From IMG/VR virus record IMGVR_UViG_3300008108_005860: a DNA stretch of 64,000 nucleotides; one strand, given 5' to 3'. This stretch comes from an uncultured virus (IMG/VR IMGVR_UViG_3300008108_005860) (Duplodnaviria > Heunggongvirae > Uroviricota > Caudoviricetes). This document shows positions 18,047 to 27,669 of this stretch, piece after piece. The first letter of the stretch is position 1. The number at the start of each line of letters is the position of its first letter. A program made the position numbers and the translations under genes. Below the pieces are notes generated by a model, which made no database searches, was not told where the DNA came from, and saw only the letters and a list, made by a program, of their open reading frames with translations.

Positions 18047-18483
18047 AGCATGAATTCTCTTTCAAAATAGTTTCTTATGTCGGGTATCATTCCTTGATCC
18101 ATGTTATTGGGCAAGGCCGCAATGATCTTGATGTAGGTTTCTTTGTCTTGACTGTAGGGAACAAAGTAAGGATCATTGCCGTACAGCAGATCAGGATCAT
18201 CTAGCACAGTTAAAAAATCTTCACCAAATTCTTGATTCAACCATCGAGCATATAAGACAGCAACTGCATAACTTTTACCAGGATATAACCATCCAACTTC
18301 CTGCTCAGTAAAATACTTCACAGCAGTTGACACAACATCAGTGACTATTTCAATGTCAAACTGATTTAGATCGTCACCGTGTTCTTTGGTAAGTCTGTGA
18401 TATACTTCCTGTCTTACTTTCCACTCTTTCATGATATCAAGTGTACTGGCGAGCATACCACTGTATGAGATGTTTGTATCCAT
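18043..18483 (-). CDS. hypothetical protein coupled to radical SAM gene
   Basis: overlaps both neighbours; YPGKSYAVA...LDDPDLLYGNDPYFVPY; exact start uncertain. Confidence 0.7.
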   Translation of the reverse strand: MDTNISYSGMLASTLDIMKEWKVRQEVYHRLTKEHGDDLNQFDIEIVTDVVSTAVKYFTEQEVGWLYPGKSYAVAVLYARWLNQEFGEDFLTVLDDPDLLYGNDPYFVPYSQDKETYIKIIAALPNNMDQGMIPDIRNYFEREFML

Positions 18484-19354
18484 TGCAACTCATGGATATA
18501 TCTCGCACTTCACGCAAGTGTTCGCTTAGACAGCGTCCGTGGAATTCGCAATCACGGCAGTATTCGTTCACACTAACACGTTGTTTTTCTCGTTCACACC
18601 ATTGTTGATATTCTTCAATGGAATCCATTTCTAAGAAATACTCGCGATCATTGATGTCAAATTCCAACACAGCAAATCTACCGCTGGGAGTAATATACAC
18701 GTGATCATCACTGTAACTGTGTCCTTGCCCGTCTAATACCTGTTGTATAAGGGCGGCGTTGACAAACTGGAATTTTTTTGGCGTGGCAGCGGTGAGCCAG
18801 CGTATCACATAGTTTTCAAAATCTTTGTCGGTTATCTGGAGATCATTGGCCTGATTGCGACTATAGGGTTTGATTTCTACTGAACGTAGATTAGGTATGA
18901 GATTGAACATATTGATCATGTAGTTGGGATCCAGTGTGATCAAGTGCGGACTGGCCAGCATGAGCACGCTGAAATCCGAAGAAATCATGGTCATGTTCTT
19001 GTAAACCAAATCATATTTTTCTCTGGCGCTGAAGTCGTAACTGACACTGAGAGAATAGTTAGGATCTTCGGTGATTTGGTTTACTGCGCTAAGGTTTGTT
19101 ATCATGTTGAGATTTTTGCAGTATCGTTTCAAAATCACAGTCATGTCTTCAAAGTACTGTTTAGGCAGCAGGGCCACTTCGCCGCCGTAGACATCAATCT
19201 GATCAATGATGCCATAATGTGCTACAACTTCTTGTAATCTAGACTCCAATTTATCAAGTTTGATTAATTTTTGACTAGACAACTGTCCTTCTGTTAGATA
19301 ACAAAATTTGCAACGGAAGTTACAATAATACCAAGGATTAAGGGATATGTTCAT
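18437..19354 (-). CDS. radical SAM protein with C-terminal Cys cluster
   Basis: CNFRCKFC, YGGE; C-terminal CRDCEFHGRCLSEH...SCNG; ATG 19354 follows TAAATA. Confidence 0.88.
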   Translation of the reverse strand: MNISLNPWYYCNFRCKFCYLTEGQLSSQKLIKLDKLESRLQEVVAHYGIIDQIDVYGGEVALLPKQYFEDMTVILKRYCKNLNMITNLSAVNQITEDPNYSLSVSYDFSAREKYDLVYKNMTMISSDFSVLMLASPHLITLDPNYMINMFNLIPNLRSVEIKPYSRNQANDLQITDKDFENYVIRWLTAATPKKFQFVNAALIQQVLDGQGHSYSDDHVYITPSGRFAVLEFDINDREYFLEMDSIEEYQQWCEREKQRVSVNEYCRDCEFHGRCLSEHLREVRDISMSCNGYKHLIQWYARQYT

Positions 19355-19438
19355 AGGTAAGATATTTAGCGACCGCTCGAGGCAGATCAAAGGTATTTGG
19401 GCAGCATAAGCCACTACCAATGATCACTGATATACTAA

Positions 19439-19537
19439 TCAATATATGTAAGGATCTTGTTTCCTGCTCTGTCTGATCTTGCGTCTATAACGCAATTCGT
19501 TAAGCAGCTTTTGGATAATACGCTTGATTTTTCTCAT
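19439..19537 (-). CDS. small basic peptide (32 aa; not in ORF track)
   Basis: MRKIKRIIQKLLNELRYRRKIRQSRKQDPYIY; overlaps the end of the SGNH-like gene and fills the gap. Confidence 0.55.
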   Translation of the reverse strand: MRKIKRIIQKLLNELRYRRKIRQSRKQDPYIY

Positions 19538-20309
19538 TGAGGTAATCTCTTACAAGTTTAAAAGCATCTGCGTGAGCCTCTTCTGTGAAATGTTCGTCTC
19601 GGCGGGCATAACCGTTGTCTCTGGCCCACTCTACGAAACCTTTCAATGGAGGATAAAAAAACCACGGATCTTGATCAATCATGTTAATCAAGCAATTCAC
19701 GCTGGGATCATCAAAAGTTTTACGGAAAAAAGAGTGAGCCGACGTAAACATATATGGAATGCTGTTTAGTTTAAGGTAGTTCTGTAAAAACACAATCTCT
19801 TTCACAGTGCAGTAATATTCATATACATCATCGCTACCAACATACCTATAGTAGTCTCTAAGAAACTTTATGATATCCTTGTCAAGGTGTGTAAATATTT
19901 TTTGCTTTGATTCATCTGGTCCAGGATAAAGATCCTTACTGTTAACACTGCGCCAAGGCCCGTGTGGCCCTAGAGCGTATCCTTCGGGATCTGTCTTTGC
20001 ATCATAAGGTTTACTCATTGGATCGATAGTAAATTTAAATTCTATGCGATTCAAAAAAGACCAGCTTACCACTACAAAAATATCTTGTGCCCGATTTTGC
20101 TCACAGGCCAAAATAGTTTTTCTAGCAATCGCAGAGTTGCTATTACCTGGATAAGCTGCACAAACATACTGGCGATTCAATGACTTACTAAGCAAAGCAG
20201 GCCACGTGTTCAGACTATAGCTGAAATTGTTACTGGGATTACAATCCAGTAGATCTAATCCATAGGTGAAACTATCGCCGCCAGCTATTAGTATTGGTTG
20301 ATTTGACAT
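19500..20309 (-). CDS. SGNH/GDSL-like protein
   Basis: GGDSFTYG block I, PGNSN, C-terminal DEHFTEEAH. Confidence 0.6.
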   Translation of the reverse strand: MSNQPILIAGGDSFTYGLDLLDCNPSNNFSYSLNTWPALLSKSLNRQYVCAAYPGNSNSAIARKTILACEQNRAQDIFVVVSWSFLNRIEFKFTIDPMSKPYDAKTDPEGYALGPHGPWRSVNSKDLYPGPDESKQKIFTHLDKDIIKFLRDYYRYVGSDDVYEYYCTVKEIVFLQNYLKLNSIPYMFTSAHSFFRKTFDDPSVNCLINMIDQDPWFFYPPLKGFVEWARDNGYARRDEHFTEEAHADAFKLVRDYLNEKNQAYYPKAA

Positions 20310-20346
20310 AAAAGATACTCGTAACCTGTATTTTTACTTAGTTTCA

Positions 20347-21420
20347 CTACGCTGTCTCATATTCTTTTACATATTCTGTTGGTTCCAAGTCCACACCATT
20401 GGCTTCAATGATGTCGGCAGCAAGAGTTTTCATTTTACTACAATGGCGTTCGACCAAATTGTACCGTTTGAGATCGGTTATGGTTTTGCGACAACCATTG
20501 CAGATATCAAACATAGGGCAACTATAACAACTCTGCTTGAGAGTCTGAAGATCGGGTTGATCTTTCAGTATCCTGATTATTTTTTTGCTATTCATCTCTT
20601 GCTCAAAATCTATAGCATATTCTTTGTCGTCGCCAAAGGCTCCGCAACTGTAGTAATCTCCGGATGGCTGTAGAGTCCTAATACCTGCATCACAATCTCT
20701 GTTTTGTGGACATATGGTTGCTTCACCGCGCAGTCGTTTCATCATGGTCTTGGTACTGTGTTCCCAAGGATATAATTCTTGTCGCCAGATTTCGAGATAT
20801 ATCTCGTAGATATCTGCTAGCACGAAAGGACGACCTTGCTGGCCCATGATGATGTTACGAAACTTCACAGGAGGTCCCGAACTAAAGGCATAGTTTAACT
20901 TGCACTCCACGTTCATCTTCTTGGCCAGTCTCACATTGTCGAGAGCACGATCTGCATTTTCTTCGGTTATTACTGTGATAAAGTCTGGCCTATATCCACA
21001 ATAGCGTAGCATGGCGTCGCTGCATTTCCAAAAGTCTTCTTCTGAAAATGGGGTAAGATCACCTTTGAGACGTCCTCCACCATATTGGAAGCTGGTGGTT
21101 ATGCCCATACGCTCATGATTGAATAGATCTACCCACTTTTGGGGATTCTTGTAAAATGGCCAAAGATTAGTGGTAAAACTAATAGAGGTATCATACTCAT
21201 GTAAGTCCAACCAGTCAATGATCTTCCAGTAGTATGCTGGCGACATCATGAGTGGATCGCCACCGTTGACTATGATTGTTTTGGTGTCAGGAAAACGTTC
21301 AAGAAATCTAAAAATTTGATCGTGCCCAAGTTCAGCACTTTTGTCGTCGGTGATGTTGGTACTGGAGCAAAACGTACATTTGAAATTGCAACTCTCAGTT
21401 GGTTTGATAATTAGATCCAT
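20347..21420 (-). CDS. radical SAM/SPASM-type protein
   Basis: IKPTESCNFKCTFC, NGGDP; CPQNRDC...YSCG...CYSCPMFDICNGC...HC auxiliary cluster. Confidence 0.9.
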   Translation of the reverse strand: MDLIIKPTESCNFKCTFCSSTNITDDKSAELGHDQIFRFLERFPDTKTIIVNGGDPLMMSPAYYWKIIDWLDLHEYDTSISFTTNLWPFYKNPQKWVDLFNHERMGITTSFQYGGGRLKGDLTPFSEEDFWKCSDAMLRYCGYRPDFITVITEENADRALDNVRLAKKMNVECKLNYAFSSGPPVKFRNIIMGQQGRPFVLADIYEIYLEIWRQELYPWEHSTKTMMKRLRGEATICPQNRDCDAGIRTLQPSGDYYSCGAFGDDKEYAIDFEQEMNSKKIIRILKDQPDLQTLKQSCYSCPMFDICNGCRKTITDLKRYNLVERHCSKMKTLAADIIEANGVDLEPTEYVKEYETA

Positions 21421-21426
21421 GATACC

Positions 21427-21514
21427 TCAATATTCTAAATTAAAAAAATAAGACGAAGTGACTCGAGAATTTTTTGAAACATCGGCTCTGTGCTTGAAAA
21501 TAGTCATTCAGCAT
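21427..21514 (-). pseudogene. probable relic of a deleted 2OG-Fe(II) oxygenase gene
   Basis: frame 21507-21427 gives IFKHRADVSKNSRVTSSYFFNLEY, echoing the C-terminus of the 21790-22326 oxygenase (FWHRADDTKIRRRVASFDF); out-of-frame start MLNDYF at 21514. Confidence 0.5.
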
Positions 21515-21803
21515 TTGGCTGTTCAAATCCATATTTGTTGATACATTCAGCAGCATACTCAGTGTCACCGATACTGTCGACGCCTTTGATTTGGCAGATC
21601 TGCCTATTGACTTCACGTATACGTTCTTTGACATATGCACCATAAGGTTCCATGTTGTTGATCATGCGCATATACATATCGTACAGTTCAGGATCGTGTT
21701 GGAAATCGTGTAGTTTAGTGATCCAGACATTGTACAACTCTGCGCAAAGATCTCTTTCTTTGCTATATTCTAGTTTGAGTTTTAACAGTTCATTGAGTTC
21801 CAT
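21504..21803 (-). CDS. hypothetical helical protein (99 aa)
   Basis: overlaps the upstream oxygenase stop. Confidence 0.7.
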   Translation of the reverse strand: MELNELLKLKLEYSKERDLCAELYNVWITKLHDFQHDPELYDMYMRMINNMEPYGAYVKERIREVNRQICQIKGVDSIGDTEYAAECINKYGFEQPNAE

Positions 21804-22326
21804 TTTTCAATCCTACACAAAAATCAAAACTGGCCACTCGTCGACGTATCTTTGTATCATCGGCTCTGTGCCAAAATCCGCGAAGATTATTGACCATGAA
21901 AACATCACCTGCCCGGGGCTGGAATGTGGCAGTCTGTTCCTGGCCTTGTAACACTCCCCATTTGAAGTTTATGCTGCCACCTGTTTCAGCATGGGTGTCA
22001 TCAAAATAATACAAAAAGAAAATGTCATAGTTTTCAAACATATCTGTGTGCCAACCTTGATTGTCACGATCCACGCCATCCCAAACTATGAACTTGTTGT
22101 ATTCAGCCGCGGGCCATTCGGGATCTATGTACTTGGTTTTCAAATACAAAGCCAAGGTTTCTAATCTCTTGGCCAGTTCGGCACTGACATCTTGCTTGCC
22201 GTTATCTCTAACACGTTCTTCCACATTCAACAGTTTGAATTCATCGATGTTGATCAATGCCAAGGCGTCGGGCTCACTGAGTTGTACAAATCCTTTGCTA
22301 TAGATATCTTTAATGTTGTAATACAT
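21790..22326 (-). CDS. 2OG-Fe(II) oxygenase
   Basis: WHTD...FLYY...GG...PRAGDVFMVNN...WHRA...RR (HxD...H triad plus 2OG Arg). Confidence 0.82.
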   Translation of the reverse strand: MYYNIKDIYSKGFVQLSEPDALALINIDEFKLLNVEERVRDNGKQDVSAELAKRLETLALYLKTKYIDPEWPAAEYNKFIVWDGVDRDNQGWHTDMFENYDIFFLYYFDDTHAETGGSINFKWGVLQGQEQTATFQPRAGDVFMVNNLRGFWHRADDTKIRRRVASFDFCVGLKNGTQ

Positions 22327-24040
22327 GATTCATGACTCCGTTCATTATCAAAGGTTTGTTGGCGTTCAACATTTCCTCTATCACAAGCACCCTAAACCTA
22401 TTGCCTAATTTCCTTATGCTACGCGGTTCAGTATCGGGATTGAAAATATCTGCTATCATATCATGTATGGGGCCGTAATCATCCAACTGTTGGATAACCT
22501 TGTAGGCTATTCTAGCACACTCCTTGGGTGTTGTATAGTCTTTTAGTGGATCAAAAAAATGTTCTAACACATAAGGTCCTGCTTGATTCATAAACCACAT
22601 TTCTAACATTTCTTCCCTGGTAAAACTATAGCAACTCCTGATAGTTTTAAAGTAAGTGCGTTTGTTTTTGTACAGGCTGTTCCAATTGTCTACACCGTCT
22701 TCGTCGATGATGTCGCTGTAGACTTCTACAGTTTCGATCTTGTATTTAATTTTATAAACATCGCTGTTGAGTTCGCTATCGGGCAGAAACATATAGTCAT
22801 GTCTGAAACTGGACCAGCCGCTGTTATTGCCCACTGTGGATCGCGCTTGGAAGTTATACATGATCTCAAATTCTGTGTAGAAATCATCAATGGTTGACCC
22901 GGGCATGGCCAGGATCAATTCCACGGCAGGAGTAGGAAAGCCCTGTTCTCTACAGCGTTGATTGATGTGTCTGCTGAGTTCTATTTTATCTTCTAAACTA
23001 AGATCCACACGATTGGCCACTTTCATGGCTTCGTCGCTGACGCTTTGTATACTGACCGTAGGCACCACACTGATAAACTCGGTCTCTCCCCACATATCAG
23101 TACCCCCTTCGCTGGCACTGTGCCTTTCTGGACCACGTCCCACAACATCAAACCAAGCATCTACTAATCGTTTTCTTCTAGTGAGGTCACGACTTTTTAC
23201 TGTGCTGATGTCTGTGAGATTGAATTTGTTTTGCCATGCAAACCGAAACAGTTCTATATCACGTTGCTCGAACACACCAAAGTTTGCATCGGTGAGATAA
23301 GCATCGCGGAATCCCGCGGCTTTGAGCGCCAGGATGTCTCGCTTGACCACTGCTTCTGATTTTTTGTATATTTTAGTGCCAATGCCACCGCCCCATTCAC
23401 AGAACACACAACTGTATGGACAACCCCTAGTGGACTCTAGCACTATAAAAGGCTCTATGCGTTGGGACCTGGCATATTCTACTATTTCACTCAGATAAGG
23501 CAAATGGTCTTCGTAGACGCTGTAGTCATAGTCTATGAGATATGAACGTTCTCGTTCGCTGTTCAATTCCCAACTGATGTCTGCTTTGCGTGCCCGACCT
23601 TGGTTGTCAAAATAACTGTTGATAAAGTCTTCAATAAATGTTTCGCCGGGCTTGGTAGGGCGGCAAATATAATCATAGTAGGTTCTGGTGGCCAAAAACT
23701 CTGGTTCGTTGGTGCCAATGTGCGGACCGCCCAGGATAGTTATCTTGCCTTGTGCTTGGGCTATCTTGGCTATTTCATCACAGATGGTATAGTTCCAAGC
23801 ATAACTGCTAAACATGATCGCATCTGCTTGGGCAATTTCTTGATAGACTTCTTTATAAGTCTCATATCGATCGAACTTGTAAGGAGCCGGCAACCACTTG
23901 ACACGATCAGCATACTTGCCATTGCGCTGATAATGACTTTGACACAGCAGGTAAGTGACGTTGTTGGCCAGGCTCCAATCCGCATGGGGTGGATTTACAA
24001 AAGCCAGGGTTAGTGAATTATGTTGTTTTTGCATCTGCAT
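22310..24040 (-). CDS. cobalamin-binding radical SAM protein (class B methyltransferase-like)
   Basis: N-terminal B12 domain (FVNPP...FSSYAWN...ILGGPH), ESTRGCPYSCVFCEWG, LTDANFG; start 24040 or 24034. Confidence 0.88.
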   Translation of the reverse strand: MQMQKQHNSLTLAFVNPPHADWSLANNVTYLLCQSHYQRNGKYADRVKWLPAPYKFDRYETYKEVYQEIAQADAIMFSSYAWNYTICDEIAKIAQAQGKITILGGPHIGTNEPEFLATRTYYDYICRPTKPGETFIEDFINSYFDNQGRARKADISWELNSERERSYLIDYDYSVYEDHLPYLSEIVEYARSQRIEPFIVLESTRGCPYSCVFCEWGGGIGTKIYKKSEAVVKRDILALKAAGFRDAYLTDANFGVFEQRDIELFRFAWQNKFNLTDISTVKSRDLTRRKRLVDAWFDVVGRGPERHSASEGGTDMWGETEFISVVPTVSIQSVSDEAMKVANRVDLSLEDKIELSRHINQRCREQGFPTPAVELILAMPGSTIDDFYTEFEIMYNFQARSTVGNNSGWSSFRHDYMFLPDSELNSDVYKIKYKIETVEVYSDIIDEDGVDNWNSLYKNKRTYFKTIRSCYSFTREEMLEMWFMNQAGPYVLEHFFDPLKDYTTPKECARIAYKVIQQLDDYGPIHDMIADIFNPDTEPRSIRKLGNRFRVLVIEEMLNANKPLIMNGVMNHVLQH

Positions 24041-25037
24041 ATCTAAACGCTTCTGCAAATACACAACCATCTACATCTCTTATGAGATGTTTGTATTCGT
24101 TCTTGATAAAGCAAGTGAAACTACAACGTGAATAAAACTCACAACTGAGACAATCTTTTTCTTCCAAGAATATCTGTATGATCTTGCTAGAACCAAGTTC
24201 TTGGCTGCGGGGATCTTTTAACAGCACAGTGCCGCTGCAGCCCTTGGGGGATGATCCATCTGTCATGATAGTGTGGCTGCTGCCTCTAGTACAAGACATT
24301 TTCTTTTGTTGATTTTGATTGAGAAAGTACGCGATGTTGTTGCAGCGAGGATACTTGTCAATCATGAATCGATAGTATTCTAATAACTGGCTTTCCCGAG
24401 GCATGAGTGCTGGATTAAAATTCTTTCCAGGCAAAAGTTGATCCCAATCTGTTTCAAATGTTTGATACAGATAATCATAATAGGCATCACCTGCTATAAT
24501 TTTCTCGATGTTTTGTCGGGTGATCACAGTTGAAATCAAATGTACATAGGGTTGGAACTTTTCAATGTTGCGTTTGAATAGTGCCAGTTCCTGTGCGTTG
24601 AATCTACCAGCCGGATCGTAACTTACATTCATGGTCAATTGATTGTTGCGACAAAAGTCCAAGACTGCGTCAATTTGTTCATACACCAGATTGGTAACAA
24701 AAAGAAAATCTACAGTTTTTCCGCTGGCCACATTGTGTTTTACAGTGTCAATAAATTCCTGATACACCTCAATGAATCCTTGTTTGATCCAATGATCCTG
24801 GAACAGTTCTCCGCCCATGATATGTATTACAAACTGTTGCTTGGGACTGGTATTGATGTAATCTACTACCAATTGAGACTTGCCAATGATACTATCTCTG
24901 TTGGCGCCAGTGGTATCATCATGATTCTGAGGACAAAAAACACACTTCATATTGCAGTGCTCAAAGAACAGCACCACGACTTCTACATAGTCGATGATTT
25001 TGTTCTCAATGATTTTATAAAAGTCTAGATCACTCAT
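24018..25037 (-). CDS. radical SAM protein with C-terminal Cys cluster
   Basis: FEHCNMKCVFC, MGGELF; C-terminal CLSCEFYSRCSFTC...C. Confidence 0.88.
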   Translation of the reverse strand: MSDLDFYKIIENKIIDYVEVVVLFFEHCNMKCVFCPQNHDDTTGANRDSIIGKSQLVVDYINTSPKQQFVIHIMGGELFQDHWIKQGFIEVYQEFIDTVKHNVASGKTVDFLFVTNLVYEQIDAVLDFCRNNQLTMNVSYDPAGRFNAQELALFKRNIEKFQPYVHLISTVITRQNIEKIIAGDAYYDYLYQTFETDWDQLLPGKNFNPALMPRESQLLEYYRFMIDKYPRCNNIAYFLNQNQQKKMSCTRGSSHTIMTDGSSPKGCSGTVLLKDPRSQELGSSKIIQIFLEEKDCLSCEFYSRCSFTCFIKNEYKHLIRDVDGCVFAEAFRYADAKTT

Positions 25038-25094
25038 GGCAATATTGGTCCAAAATACTTAGCCAATATTATCAGTGGTAATGGCAATAAAAGG

Positions 25095-26207
25095 TCAGGT
25101 GCAACCGTTGATGACAAATGGTCTCAGTAACTCACGGTTGTTTTTTCTAGCGTCGTTTATGTAATTAAACAATGTAGCATTGATTTTATGTGACTCGCTA
25201 GACGCAATAAATGGCAAAACATCCATGACACGATCTCGATACTGACTCCATTGTGCCGGATTATTGATGTGTTCTATGCCGGGGAAGAATCCAATGGGTA
25301 CTTCGTTCAAAGGCAAGCCTTTGAGATCTCTAAAAACTTTGATCACTGTTTTTGACAATTTGGCAATTTCAGATTCAGATACTCTGCGCCAGTTAGCATC
25401 AAAACTAACTGTAGAAACATCTCTTGGGAAAAACCTATCGTCAAACAACAAGCGTGTGGATTCGGCTTGCTGCAAAATTCCAATCATTTCCAAAATTGGA
25501 CGATCCGAAAGATTCAAGACGCTTTTGGTTTTTTCTGACGTCAGCGTGTCAACTATGTGCTCTCTGGCTTCCAACGCACTCAAGTAGGCGTGCTTGATAC
25601 AAAAGCCTTTGATCTGTTCACTGAATATGTCTTCGCATTGACCATTGTAACTGTATGTTGCCAATACAAATTCTATGCTTAGATCGGCTCTTTTTTCAGC
25701 AAAAAAACTATAGAAATCAACAGGGTTGGTTTGTCCCTTGAAAAATTCAGCAGATACTTCGGCTTCTGTAATGGCAGCTTTATTTTTAAGGCGTGCATGA
25801 TTTTGAACAGGACTAGAGAATGTAACATTACTACTTAACAGGCTTTGTCTAACAGTGTAGAAAGCCAAGATCTGATAGATGTCCTTGACCGTGGCCAAAG
25901 GCAATGCAGCACGGAAAAAATTAGTTCCTATTTTGACAAAACTGTCTCGATCTGCGTACACTGTCACTGGCGCATTTAACTCGTCTTGTTTTGATCCAAG
26001 GAAATTCAAGAAACTCAGATAGTCTGGATAGGTTTTGCCGGCGCCAATCACACCTTCCACGCTTTCATTGTAATCTAGCAGTTGGCCAACAGAGGCAAAT
26101 TCACCTCCCATTGGGTGACCAAAATCCTGACTCAATACCACACGATGTTGTGCGGTATCCAGCGTTTCATCTAAAGCTAGATATACTCTTTTAAAGAGAT
26201 GTAGCAT
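25095..26207 (-). CDS. hypothetical protein (370 aa) in radical SAM cluster
   Basis: long ORF coupled to the upstream gene; no motif recognised. Confidence 0.8.
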   Translation of the reverse strand: MLHLFKRVYLALDETLDTAQHRVVLSQDFGHPMGGEFASVGQLLDYNESVEGVIGAGKTYPDYLSFLNFLGSKQDELNAPVTVYADRDSFVKIGTNFFRAALPLATVKDIYQILAFYTVRQSLLSSNVTFSSPVQNHARLKNKAAITEAEVSAEFFKGQTNPVDFYSFFAEKRADLSIEFVLATYSYNGQCEDIFSEQIKGFCIKHAYLSALEAREHIVDTLTSEKTKSVLNLSDRPILEMIGILQQAESTRLLFDDRFFPRDVSTVSFDANWRRVSESEIAKLSKTVIKVFRDLKGLPLNEVPIGFFPGIEHINNPAQWSQYRDRVMDVLPFIASSESHKINATLFNYINDARKNNRELLRPFVINGCT

Positions 26208-26922
26208 CTTGTTGTTCCTTAAGTTCTTGTGTGGCCTGACTCAACAATTCTTGCCACTGTTTACTATTTATTTTTTCTTCTAATATGCCCCAGGTGATCA
26301 AAAACATGGGATTGTTGTTATTGGCCCAGAACGAGTAAAGATTACGCCCTTTGAACATATTTTCACTAAAATAGCGGCTGTAGTATCGCAGATTAGATGC
26401 GTCCAAGATCTGATAAAAATAGAAAAATTCTTCGTTTTTCAATAGACTTATCCAATTGATTCCTTCAATGGAGTCTGTGTCATCTTCCGGATAATTTTTG
26501 ACTTCTTGTTTGGCTAGTTCGTCATTGATAGCATAGGTGTTGAACAGAACCAGGCTATCCAATTTCTGTACCCAGCATTTGACCAATTCTATATTTTCCT
26601 GTATGAAGTTGGTAAAATATCCTGGCTGTATCAGGCCCTTGTATTCAAACAGCACGCCCATGGCTGCACGTTCCAGCGTGGGAATATTGACCAGCGTGGT
26701 GCTGGCAAAGTAGGTTTGCAATAGTTTGGCATGATCGGGATCGTTAAAATCTTCAATGTCTATATCGCAATTGAGATCCAAATTACCAAGATAAGTTAGG
26801 AGTTTTTGTTCCTGCAGTTTGGAATTTTTATAGTCTATTAGATATCTAGTGGATTTGTCACTGAAATAAATTTTCAAATTTTCCAATGATATGGGTGCGG
26901 TGGTAGTGATTACATTTGACAT
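26191..26922 (-). CDS. hypothetical protein (243 aa) in radical SAM cluster
   Basis: ATG 26922 is one nt after the stop of the CH-tag gene; no motif recognised. Confidence 0.8.
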   Translation of the reverse strand: MSNVITTTAPISLENLKIYFSDKSTRYLIDYKNSKLQEQKLLTYLGNLDLNCDIDIEDFNDPDHAKLLQTYFASTTLVNIPTLERAAMGVLFEYKGLIQPGYFTNFIQENIELVKCWVQKLDSLVLFNTYAINDELAKQEVKNYPEDDTDSIEGINWISLLKNEEFFYFYQILDASNLRYYSRYFSENMFKGRNLYSFWANNNNPMFLITWGILEEKINSKQWQELLSQATQELKEQQDATSL

Positions 26923-26923
26923 T

Positions 26924-27667
26924 TTATCTTCTTCCTCTTGAATTGTGGCAGCTGGAATGGCACTGGGCATGACAGGTGCTGTATGACATTGATATAGTGC
27001 CAGCAGCAGTGTATGCCGAGGACCAATTGCTCATCAATGCAGCCCAATATGTGTTGAATGCCACTGCTGCCGCACCTCCCAAGGTTCCATTTGTGCTGGC
27101 ACTAATCACACGATCAGTGGCGAAATTTACATTAGTGCCGGGATTGGTTATGTTACCTGCGGATAATGCATAGCCAGAAGTTACCAAGGCCTTGCCTGAA
27201 TCTGTGTAAGTGCCTGCAGGTGCTATATCACCTGTGACTACGGTTATGGCCTGTACACGTCTATAGATAAGGTATCTTTGTAGTTCGCCGTAAAAAATCT
27301 GGCTAAATCCTGAGAAGTTGCCTGCAGATATGGCCTGTGACGCACTGGCTGGATATGTGAGACTTACATTGGCAGTGGCAGATATGATCTGCCCACCAAC
27401 ATTGGCAATGTTGCTGTCTGTGAGCACATTGGCCACTTGATTTGATGTAGGCGCAAAAATACCTAAACCGGCATAGTAGGCATTGGCTGCAGCTCGATAA
27501 GCTGCAGGCACAGTTCTGGTAGGGTAACTACCGGTGTAGAATAACACATTGTTGTTGGGACTGTTGGCATTGGTACTGGCCAAATAGTCATTGAGAAAAC
27601 TCTGGATTATACTTTGCGCATTGCCCGGATTTCGTGATCTTACTAAATCACCGGTGGAGATGGTCAT
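26924..27667 (-). CDS. virion-like protein with C-terminal CHAQCHSSCHNSRGRR (putative modification substrate B)
   Basis: Ala/Gly/Ser/Thr/Asn-rich body; the only Cys and His residues are in the last 16 aa. Confidence 0.8.
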   Translation of the reverse strand: MTISTGDLVRSRNPGNAQSIIQSFLNDYLASTNANSPNNNVLFYTGSYPTRTVPAAYRAAANAYYAGLGIFAPTSNQVANVLTDSNIANVGGQIISATANVSLTYPASASQAISAGNFSGFSQIFYGELQRYLIYRRVQAITVVTGDIAPAGTYTDSGKALVTSGYALSAGNITNPGTNVNFATDRVISASTNGTLGGAAAVAFNTYWAALMSNWSSAYTAAGTISMSYSTCHAQCHSSCHNSRGRR

Positions 27668-27669
27668 GC

